Source of the DNA: Paecilomyces variotii
Lineage: Eukaryota
Assembly (NCBI GenBank): GCA_004022145.1
Contig: RCNU01000011.1
DNA length: 64,000 bases
Reading direction: 5' to 3' (one strand)
A program made the translations under genes and the position numbers. This document shows, piece by piece, positions 38,135 through 48,822 of the stretch. The notes under the pieces are model-generated. The model did no database searches, was not told the DNA's origin, and saw only the letters and a list, made by a program, of their open reading frames with translations. Every line of letters begins with the position of its first letter. Positions within the stretch are counted from its first letter, which is position 1.

Positions 38135-40107
38135 CGCGAGAAGGGTTGGGCGTCAGGGCCACGATGGACCGCCCTGATGGGATGCGGCTGATGTTTTGGC
38201 GCAAGAAGCGAAAGGCGGGCGGGCAGCCGACCGTTCAGCCTCCAACGAACACCCCGTGCACCGTTCAACCGGCCCGTCCCAGTTGAAGAATTGCGGATGA
38301 TGGCAGTGCAGCGCAGCGCAGCAGCTCCCAGGATCGGATTGAGGGAGAGCTGGCGGGTTGAGATAGATTGAGAAAGGGTGGGAGCTGGTAGTTGGCAGGA
38401 TGAGTGGAAGGCGGGCACGACAAGATCAAGACAAGACGAAAGAGAGAAAGATGAAGAGAGCGAAGAAGTGGTTGGCGGCGGTGGTCGGGCGGTGGAGCAA
38501 GAGCCGGGGAGTTCAGTTAGTGAGTTGAGCATTTCACTAGAATCACTAAACTAACTGGTTATGGAAGAAGTAGCTGGAGAGCCAGGGGATCCATGGGTTG
38601 CTCGACACTAAGTAGTATTATTTTATATATTCAGTGCAGAATTAATTATTATTCTATCTCTCTATGGTATTATGGGTAACTAGCAACGCAGCTGCAGAGC
38701 AAGTCACAGTCACAGTTACACCTGCATGCAGGCTAATATCTTCAGGAACCACCAGTAATACTCTTAACTATAGGAATCATTTTTATCCTGAATATATTTA
38801 ATTTAACCAACTAAATTATGTTCACTCCTAACTGGTTATTTATCCCAGTTATGACGCTGCTGAGATAATCAGTATCCCGCCGGACTGGGGATAGCGTCAT
38901 CAGCGGACAGCCAATGAAACTCTCGGATAGACGCACAGACCATACTTCCCGTTCCGGGTTCCAGGGTCACGTGGATCGGGGATTATCTCGGATCGGAGTG
39001 ACACTCAGTAGAGTTAACGAGGGACCCTCCAACACAGCGCCTGCATTCTGTAATTATCACAGATTCATGATCCAGTTGGGACAGACAGGATTACCGCCAC
39101 CAGTTATGATTATGTTTCAATCCACCAGAGTCATGCTGGGAGGGAGGAGTGGACAACTGCGAATGTCACATACAACGATGGTGCTTCGGATGCCAGCCCG
39201 TATGGTTAAACAGTTCCTGTCAAAAGCATCAATATCACGAATGTGCAGGATATATATATATATTACTATTGTCCCTCCTTAATACTTAAGTTAACTATAT
39301 ATTCTGATCAACACAGCAGTACAATCAAGACTGTCGAATGAGACGCGGGGAATCGTCTCGGAGCCCGAGGAACGCGACATTCCGTCCACGCCAGCCGGAT
39401 GGGATACGGTAGACCTCCACAGCTTCGATGGATTGACGTCTCCTGGTCGTTTTGGTTCGAGACAGAGAGATGGATGGATGAATCAACGGACAGCTGGTCA
39501 TCCACGGCCATGGGCTGCCCAGGGACATTCTATGATAGCATTATTATCGATATTGCAGCAATCTACAGTAAAGAGATACCGAGAATCATAGAATCGAGCC
39601 ATAGATACCCCGCATTCAAGAGACAGTTGCGATCTGGGACAAAGATAGATGATAACTAGTTGTCAGGATCATAATAATTAATCAATCATCCCCCACAAAA
39701 CATTCACCATCACATCACATCACAACAACAATAATACATAACAATGAATATCATTATTATCGGAAAGAAAGGCGATGTCTCCTTTTCCCACCCGGCTTCT
39801 CGCTTTCCGCCCTGGTGTGACGCCCGCCCGCGCTCCGAGGGCTCCATGCGCATCAGGATTGGCTGTCCCAGCATTATTAGTTAAGCTCGCCTTCAAGGCG
39901 CCAGAGATCTGATAATAATAATAATAACTGTCCTTTCTCCAGTCCATCAGTCTTCTTTCTCTCATTGTCGCCGTCCATTTCATGCCTCAATTATTACTCT
40001 GGACGTGAGACATTGAACGCGCCAACTCTTGTCTTTTTTCTTTTCGTTTTTAAACCCTCCCGCACTACCATCCCCCTCCGGGTCTTCTCTCGACCACCGG
40101 CGCAGCC

Positions 40108-41229
40108 ATGGATATCGTTCTCGAGGTCTGGGATACCTTCATCGGGGATCGCATGTACTCGGCCCTCCTTCCAGCATCGTTGTCGTCCACGGTTTCGTTG
40201 CCTGCCGCGTTCAATGGCGCCAACAATACCCTCGCCTTGTTCGGGGAGCCCGACTCCTATGTCTATGAGCCGGCCACCCAATTCTTCCGCCTCGAGCCCT
40301 CCAAGTACGCATACATGAGCGCCTGGCCAAGAGACAATATCTACCGTCAATCAGTCAGCTTCTTTTTGATCACATGGTAAGTCGCCATGGTGCGCCGCGC
40401 CCCTGACGTGCGGCACCCACTAACCGCTGGTTCCGTTAGGATCTTTGGCATCATTGTCTACTTCATCTGCGCATCTCTATCGTACATGTTTATCTGGGAT
40501 AAAACAACTGTCAAGCACCCCAAGTACCTCAAGAACCAGATTCGCAAGGAGATCAGACAGACCATGGAGTCCATGCCCTTCATGTCCCTCCTGACCGTCC
40601 CTTTCTTTGTCGCGGAAGTCAGGGGCTACGCCAAACTCTACGACAGCGTCGCCGAGGAACCCTTCCCATTCTACAGCATCCTGCAGTTCCCTCTCTTCAT
40701 CGCTTTCACCGACTTCTTCATCTACTGGATCCACAGAGGCCTGCACCACCCGCTCGTCTACAAGAGACTCCACAAGCCTCATCACAAGTGGATCATGCCC
40801 AGTCCATTCGCCTCCCACGCATTCCACCCGCTGGATGGCTGGTCCCAGAGTGTCCCGTACCACGTCTTCCCCTTCGTCTTCCCGCTTCAAAAGGTCGCCT
40901 ATGTCGTTCTCTTCGGCTTCATCAACTTCTGGACTGTCATGATCCATGATGGCGAGTATGTCGCCAACAGCCCGGTCATCAACGGTGCTGCGTGCCACAC
41001 CATGCACCACCTGTACTTCAACTACAATTACGGACAGTTCACCACGCTGTGGGACCGCCTGGGAGGCAGCTACCGCAAGCCCAATGAAGAGCTCTTCCGT
41101 CGGGAGACCAAGATGGCCAAGGAGGAGTGGGAGCGACAGACCAAGGAGATGGAGACCATCCTGAAGACGGTCGAGGGCTCCGACGACCGCCAGTATTCGG
41201 CGGACGCAGACACGAAGAAGACCCTGTGA
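40108..41229 (+). CDS. erg3: C-5 sterol desaturase (2 exons)
   Basis: Begins MDIVLEVWDTF. Histidine boxes HRGLH, HKPHHKW and HTMHH, plus FASHAFHPLDG and NYGQFTTLWDRLGGSY. Confidence 0.95.
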
Positions 41230-41691
41230 TATCAGACTCGATCTCCATGCATTGGTGGCGGGGCGGAGAGCACAAAAAAAGAAAACGGGGATGGAATGAG
41301 TTCCCGTGGCCACCACCCAAAGCGCTTATGATGCCTGCGCTTTGCAGCAGCCAAGACGCGCAATTGGCGGTTTTGAGCTTTGTTACGAGCCTTATGTCGA
41401 CTTTCCGTTTTATTATTTTTGTATCATAACCATTACTCGATTTGTAATTAGATTAGATTATTCCACCTCGGCGCATATCGTCGCTGGATAGCTCACCGTG
41501 CTGATACGGTCACTTGGGACCAACGGAACAAAATATAAAACCCACTTAATAATATGCTACTACAGTTGCCTGCATTATGAAGACTCGTAGAACACATCCT
41601 TAATTGGTAAATTGGTATATAAATCTCATAAAAATCTATCCTAACGCGATGCCCAACAAACGGCTACTACTAGGTACATGTGAATAGTAGC

Positions 41692-43325
41692 TCATAGCTT
41701 CTGAACTCTCTCAGTGCGGTTATTGAGCTTCAAGAACCAATCCAGATACTTCTCCTGCAGAGCGGGCGCCATGCCCGTGTCAGCGTAAGTAGGCGGCTTT
41801 CCACCATTGAGATAAGTCGCGATGGCAGTGTCGGCGTGAGCCTCAGCATCATAGCCGTAAACCTCCAGCACCGTCTGGGGATCACCGTAGAGGTTGCTGC
41901 TGCGGACGTAGTATTTGCCTTCGAGTTCAGGAGCCATGACGGCATCACGGGCCTGCTGCTGAGGGCCGTCGGGCAGATGCCAGATGGCGCCGTTGAGGAA
42001 AGAGACCTGCTGCTTCTCAAAGGCCTTGGGCATGCGCTCCTTTTCGTACAGGTTGACTGCCTCGCGGAGACTGAGCTTGCCGTCGACCACGGCGCCAATG
42101 CACTTACCCAGGAACGCGCCGTCTTCCATCGAAGTGGCGGCTCCCTGGGCCATGTGGTTCACCATGGAGTGAGCGGCGTCGCCCATCAGGACGACGTTCT
42201 TCTGGGGAGATGACCAGGACTCGAGAGGGCCAGTTACCATCAATGGCCATCGGGACTATAGAAACAAAAAACAGTCAGCATAACGTGTTTAACATAGACA
42301 TATATATATGTATATATATATATAGTCAAAGATGATGCTTCTCGGCCACACTCACAGTGTTAGGAATCATATCCACGATGCGCTTGATACGAGGATCAAA
42401 GTCCTTGTACTCATTGCGCATCTCTTCAATAGGAACATCCAACTGCGTAGCACGCAGCTTCTCAGGACGGTGATGAGACAAGACCAGGTTGAAGTCCTTG
42501 CCCGCGGAGATAGGATAAGTGATAATGTATGCATTGTGAGCCATCCAGACTTCCATAGTCAACTTTTCGATGAGCTCCTTGGCCACGGGGTCCTTTCGGA
42601 TCTGCTCATACGGCACAATGGCACGGTACGCGCAGTTAGTCGTCGGGGGCTCCGGACGGACATCAGGGAAGAGCGTCCTGCGCACGACACTGTTGATTCC
42701 ATCTGCGCCGATAGCCAGGTCGAATGTGTATTTGGCGCCCTTCTCGGTTTCCACGTTCACGGCACCATTTGCGGTCTGGTACTCCACGCGGCTGACTCGG
42801 GAGTCGATATAGATCTCCGCACCGAGCTTCCTTGCAACGGCAGCCAGACCGTCGTGGAGGTGAGCGCGGTGAACAACCCACCATGGCCGGGAGAGAGTCT
42901 GTTCCAGGGTTGCGATCTTGGTGTGGCCGACGAGGGTACCGTCTTTGCGGCGCATGTTCAGCTCTTCGAATTGTACAAGGTTGTCTCCGATGACCTCGGC
43001 GACGTTCCATCGTTGAAGGAGGACAGAGACATTGGGTGTCATTTGGATACCGGCACCGATCTAATTGTTGATGACCTTCCTGTTAGCCAATACGCTCGTA
43101 TATGTATACATATATATATTATACACCGGTGGGCGCATACTTCACCGAGTTGCTCTGCGGCCTCCAGGACCGTTACTCGTGCACCAGCACGTCGAAGGGA
43201 AATGGCTGCGGCGAGACCACCAATTCCTGCGCCTATCAGGCCAACATGAACTTCGCGGGGTGCCTGTCTCTAGTAGTCAGAACGAAAGTCCGCACACGTT
43301 GGAAACTGCTGGGATAACTCACCAT
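41692..43325 (-). CDS. FAD-dependent monooxygenase (salicylate hydroxylase-like group A flavoprotein)
   Basis: First coding exon is the ATG alone (43325-43323), followed by a GTGAGT intron. Then RQAPREVHVGLIGAGIGGLAAA, IGAGIQMTPN, GADGINSVVR, LMGDAAHSMVNHMAQGAATSMEDG. Ends RTERVQKL*. Confidence 0.9.
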
Positions 43326-43798
43326 GATTGAGTTCTATAAACTTGATCCGGAGTGCGTGAGGGAGGTAAACAAGTACTGTACAATGGAACAACGACGAGC
43401 TTTTGCACTTGTCGAATTCTTTGCTTGCTGGTCTTGAAGCTGCTCTTTAAAACATTCGCCGACCATGCTATTTATTCCGCAGCTTATCTGGTGAGCTGGT
43501 ATTCGGACGATCGGGGAAACCGGTTAGTCGGGGAGTTAGGGAACGGGGGGGTTCTTTTCCCCTCTCTCTACCAGGAGATCCTGTCGAATCTCGATGGAGT
43601 CGATTGCGAAATACCGAGGATATTCCTAGTCTCGGACATAAGAGGCGGCATATTTAGTTTTGAGTACAAGCTCCCTGTTTTGCCCCAGATTGTCATTATC
43701 CCACATCCGATCTATCCATTCTCGGCCGTCAGACAAAAGACCAGGGGTATCATATCATTATCTACTACTATCTACACTTGCAAAACAAAATCGTCGAA
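43326..43798. promoter_or_regulatory. Bidirectional promoter of monooxygenase/hydrolase with CGG/CCG motifs (candidate Zn2Cys6 sites)
   Basis: 473 bp between divergent ATGs. TCGGGGA occurs twice (43511, 43528), TATTCCG/TATTCGG at 43473 and 43500, and an inverted CCGAG-N12-CTCGG at 43614-43635. Confidence 0.55.
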
Positions 43799-44867
43799 AT
43801 GGTTCCACCCAGAAAGACGCTTACTGTGCCTCACTTGGGAGGGACCAGTGTAGGCTATCGGCTCTCTTCAGCTGTTCCTTCTAAGCCTACACTGGTGCTT
43901 GTAATCCCATTTACCACGACGGTCGACTACTACATTCCCGAGTTTGAGAACGCCGAGCTTACATCCAAGTTGAACTTGCTTGCTGTTGAGCCTCTTGGAC
44001 ATGGCGAAACCCGGACGAAGAGTGAGACCTTCACTTACTGGGACACGGCCCATGTGATTCTCCAGCTGCTGAATGCGCTTGGAATCGAAAAGGCTTTTGC
44101 CTTGGGTACATCCCAGGGTGGTTGGATTGCCGCTCGAATGGCCCTTTTGGCACCCGAAAAGGTTCTCTCCTCTAATATATATATATATATATATACATAC
44201 ATATTATCAATAACGTACTAACTGCCTTATACAGATCCAAGGGATCATCCTCGTTGGCACGAGCATGGATGGCGAAACACCCCGGACCCGCGACTTGGGA
44301 TGCTGGGACGGCGCCGCTGCCACATCTGGCCTGGTCACATTGGGCGGGAACCTCGCTCCTGCGCATGACTTTGAACCTGGCGATGCGTACTACGACTTCC
44401 TCATGGAAATCGGCTATGGCAAGACGGTTCCTCGCCAGACCAGAGACTTCTGGGCCGAGACGATCAAGAAGATCTACCAGGGCGACGACGGCAAGAGGAG
44501 AATCTGCCAGGCTGCGACTAACCTTGCGACGAGGGATAGTCTGCATGCACGGTTGCCGTATATCAGATGTCCTGTGCTTTGGCTGCAGGTGAGTGGACTC
44601 TGTTATTTATTAAATATATTGCATTCTATAGGGAGTATCCGGCTAATTCGGCATTCATTCTGAAACTACCAGGGCACCGGCGACGTTGTCTTCAGCGCCG
44701 CGAACGCGCAGGAAGAAATCAAGCTATTTACGAACTCGAAAGAAGCGAAGCTCATCACGTTGAAAGACGGTGTTCACTTCCTCAGCTACACGCATGGGAA
44801 GGAATTGCATCAGAACATCCTTGACTTTACTAGCAAGTGGCAGGGTGCGGATCCAGCGAAGCTGTAA
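43799..44867 (+). CDS. Alpha/beta-fold hydrolase with C-terminal PTS1 (AKL), 3 exons
   Basis: EPLGHGET, nucleophile elbow GTSQGG, CPVLWLQ/GTGDVVF, DGVHFLSYTH. Ends SKWQGADPAKL* (TAA 44865-44867). Confidence 0.88.
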
Positions 44868-45835
44868 ATGATTGATTTTGAGAAAAACTTCAACTAGGTA
44901 GTCAGCATTTCCAGTGCGACTTTGTGTGGATAGGACAGTGATTATTATTATTATTGATATCCCCCACGGTACTACTACTATGCAGTGATGAATGAAATAA
45001 ATTTTTTTTTCAGTGAATTAGTCATATATGCATGAAATAAAAAAAAATAAAAATAATAATAGTTAGTAGTTGTATGTATGTAGAAGGACGATGTCGGCGG
45101 CACTGAGAAGCCGTCGGGCCTCGGGCCGACGGGTGTAGGGGAAGCTGTAAGTTACAGCTGTAATTATTCATTAATATTATTATTCATTATTATTCATGAT
45201 TGATATTTATTACTCCAGTTGGGAAGTTCACAAACCGGCGGGTCTCTCCGGATGAGTTCGAGCTTAGAAGTGGGAACTGTACTATAGATAATGATGCAAA
45301 GCATCGATCCGATCGACAAGATGCAAAACTTGAAGCGTCACGCGGTGTTGTCAGTTAGTTACCTAGGTAGCTAGTTATCTATTTAACTAGTAGTTATTGT
45401 CGCCCATGGTTGTTATTACTTCCAATACTAGGTAAATAATATCCAGCTCTTCGACACTTTCCGTAACCTACTTAGTTAGCTCTTATTCTTAATAATGAAT
45501 CCCAGACTGCGGGGTGAAACGGGGATGCGGGGAAAGGTTTTAGTCGCCTTACTTAATAATACAGAATAATAATAGTTAGTTAACTAACTAGTTCATCACT
45601 TTTTTTGCGGAGAAGAGCTTTTTCCGCCAGCGCGTCATATAAAACAAAAAACCAACTCCAAAAAACCAGCCCAATACAAAGACGAACCGTTCCCCTTCCC
45701 GTCTCTCCCCGTCCACCCCCGAAACAATCCAAAACGAATGCGCCAATTCCCCGCAAATACTACTTTCCCCAGATTATTGCTTCCATCCCGGAGACTTTTT
45801 TTTCCCTCTATCGTGCCTGATTTGATTGATGGGTC

Positions 45836-48822
45836 ATGATTCCATCGTCGTCTGCGAAGCGGGACAACAGCGACAGCCCTAGCCCGGGCAGACAGGAAAC
45901 ATCCCCTGGTTTCCGACATCCCCAGCCCGATCGCAGCAGCAGCACCACCAGCTCAGCCCATCCCAGCAAGAGGAGGAGAGTCGCGTTGGCCTGCAGCACG
46001 TGTCGCAATCGCAAGTCACGTGTATGTATGTATCTTCTCTGGTGAGATCAGTTCGTTGTTGACCATTATTGTCATCTAGTGCGATGGCAGCCGTCCCAAG
46101 TGTTCGTTGTGCAGCGAGCTGGGGTGCGATTGTGTCTATCAGCAGGTCGGGTCTTCGTCTAACCTGACCGTCGGGAAAGAGTATGAATACCTACTTATAT
46201 ATATATATCCTTGTTTCCCTTGTTTCCTTTCCTCTCTTCTTCTTGTTCCTGCTTATACTTTGATCAAGAGCTGGCTCATCTAATCCGCCTTCCTGCCAGT
46301 TACGTCGCGCAATTGGAACATCGAATCGAGAGCATCGAGGAATTCATCCGACCCTTGCGCCAGGCTCGCGCCGCCAATGAGCCTGACAAGGCTTATTCCG
46401 TGCAAAATGGGGCAAGCTACACGCCAGATGACACCAGCCACTGTACGAGGGAAAGTGATTCCGTCGCGCATGTCACCTCCCAATCGGTCAATCCTAATGC
46501 AGGTGAGATGGGGGAGGTGGATGTTTCTGAGAACTCGATAGATGGCATGGGTGCGATCAAGTTCACCGATGAGGAAGACTGCGGTTTCTTTGGTAAGATA
46601 TAACACTTGTCTGGACTGGCCAGCTTGAGCTAGTCGAAGAGACCTTTCGAGATGCGCGCTAACGACCGACCAGGCCCATCTTCCAATATCGCTTTCATGC
46701 GTCACATCTCACGGGCCATAGCTCGAGGGAACACGAGGAATCCCTATGGCCCTGCACTATCGCCCTACGACAGATTCGGCGGCGGCATGATGAGCGTCTC
46801 ACGCGCGCAACCAACGACGGACAATCTCGGCAGAAGACGCAGCGGCAACGCTGCCGAGGGAGTGAATATCTACGCCTTACCCCCCGAGGCCCGCACGTGG
46901 AATCTGATCAGGAAATATTTCCTGAAGACCGGGCAGCTGTTGCCGTTCATTCACGAGCAATCATTCTGTGAGACGTACTTTCAGATGAAGAGAGATAATT
47001 TTACCAAAGTCCGCAGGACGTGGCTTGGCCTGCTGAATATCATCTTGGCCATAGCGACGAGTCTTTCCACGGAAGGCGACCTGCCGGCTGAGAAGAGGAT
47101 CGAGGAGTCAGACATCTATTACCAGAGAGCCAATGGACTCTGTGATAGGGAATCCCGACGGAATACGAGTCTTGAGATGGGTAAGTGAATTGCTGGAATA
47201 GTCTATTCTTGATCTCACTAATTGATCCTCTACCAGTACAATACCTCCTTATATTAGGACAGTATCTGCAAGGAACGCAGAAATCGGTACAAGCGTGGAC
47301 CACCCATGGACTCGCGGTTATCGCTGCCTTTCAGCTTGGTCTTCATTCTCCGGATGCCAATCAGGGCTTCTCCTCGCTGGAACGAGAGATAAGGAAGCGG
47401 ACCTGGTTTGGCTGTATTATGCTTGATCGGTACGCTCCGATATTCCATCTGGACCACGGCACGCTTCCACAGGCTAACGTCAGATTAGAACTCTTAGTAT
47501 GACATTTGGTCGACCCTGCATGATCCCCGAATCCTACGTCAAGTTGGGTATGCCAGTCAAGGATATGCAAATGCTGGGCCCTACACTGCAGATCGAACCA
47601 GGTCCGCAGAGAGACGCCTATTTCTTCACTGCTGCCATGTATGCCCCTGCTGAGATCTAGTATACGCAAGACCAAACCGCTAAATGATATCTACAGAAAA
47701 CTTTACGTCGTCATGTATAACGTCATTGACAAATGCTACGGACAGAACTTGGGATTCGAGCATGCTCCGACAACCGTTCATGTGGTATCTCAAGTTCTCG
47801 AAGGCGAGCATCAATTGGAAGAGTGGCGAATACAGCTACTGCCCACGTTAGGACTGAAAATCTCACACAAGCCGTTCACGCCAGAAGATGCCGAAAGGAT
47901 GGATCCAAACAACGTCATCGCGGAGCGATTCAACATTGTCTTGTTGCTGCGCTATCACAACCTCCGCATTCTGCTCCACCGGAAGTTCCTGGAGAAATTC
48001 CTCGACGCCTACGGAGCAAGCGACAGCGGAAACGAGGAGAAGAAACTCCTACAACAGGTAGGAATCAGCAGCGTGCACAACTGCGTTGAATCCGCTATCA
48101 TGATAATATCGACCGTTCATACCCTCGCGTCATCACCAGGATGGAAGAGGGAACTGTTAGGAGCGTGGAACTATTCTCTATACTACAGTACGTCGAGACC
48201 CCTCTCTTCTCTATTCTCTCCCTCAGACTCACAAGAGTTAGCATTCAATGCCGGACTCGTCATCTTCGGAGCGCTACTCGTCTCCTCCAAAGAAAGTATC
48301 CACGACCCGTCTCAATGGAGCATCGTCGACCGAGCTCGCCCTTATCTAGACATAGCTGTCGATGCGCTGAAGCGGCTCGACAGCGGAAACCGCGTCATCG
48401 AGCGCTGCGTCGAATACCTCTCTCAAATTTCAGTCGTACTGATGGCTCTGAGTAAGTTTATATTCCTCAACCTCGATCCTTTAACTCCTCGTTGAGATAA
48501 AAAAAAAAAACACCTTTCTGACATCCATCTACCAATAGCTTCCAACGGCCCAATCCCCAACACCAGTTCGGGCATGTACCCTCCCAGCTACGGCCCCAAT
48601 CTAGGCGCCACACCCACTTCTCAAAGCATGTCAAATATGCCGGGCCGATATAATTTCAACAACCAATCCCCCGTGGGCGTAGACCTCGGAGAATTCATGA
48701 TCGATTCCGACTTGGATTTCCTAGGGAAGTTGTTTGATTTGAACCGAAATGTCGTGGATGCGCATGGTTTAGATAGTGCCGAGCCAACGGATGCGCAGAG
48801 GGGTTCTTTCAGTGTTGGATAA
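45836..48822 (+). CDS. Zn(II)2Cys6 transcription factor with fungal-specific TF (middle homology) domain
   Basis: KRRRVALACSTCRNRKSR/CDGSRPKCSLCSELGCDCVY; GPSSNIAF; LPFIHEQSF; AFQLGLH...EREIRKRTWFGCIMLDR; acidic C-terminus DLGEFMIDSDLDFL. Confidence 0.92.

Noticed and set aside
39680-39870. SREBP/SrbA or AtrR sites in the ERG3 promoter
   Set aside because: ATCATCCCCCAC and the ATCAC repeats do not match the consensus as I recall it, and no CGG-N12-CCG was found. The single reverse CCAAT (~39858) is too common to call.
861-41229. Functional clustering of hapE, tup1 and erg3 as a sterol-regulation locus
   Set aside because: They are separated by many unrelated housekeeping genes; ordinary synteny is sufficient explanation.
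40477-41316. 279-aa minus-strand ORF
   Set aside because: Antisense to ERG3; explained by strong C-ending codon bias.
41229-41700. Stop-codon readthrough PTS1 for ERG3 or the monooxygenase
   Set aside because: Neither stop has the TGA-CTA readthrough context, and the monooxygenase extension does not end in a PTS1.
42332-43249. 305-aa plus-strand ORF
   Set aside because: Antisense shadow of the monooxygenase exons.
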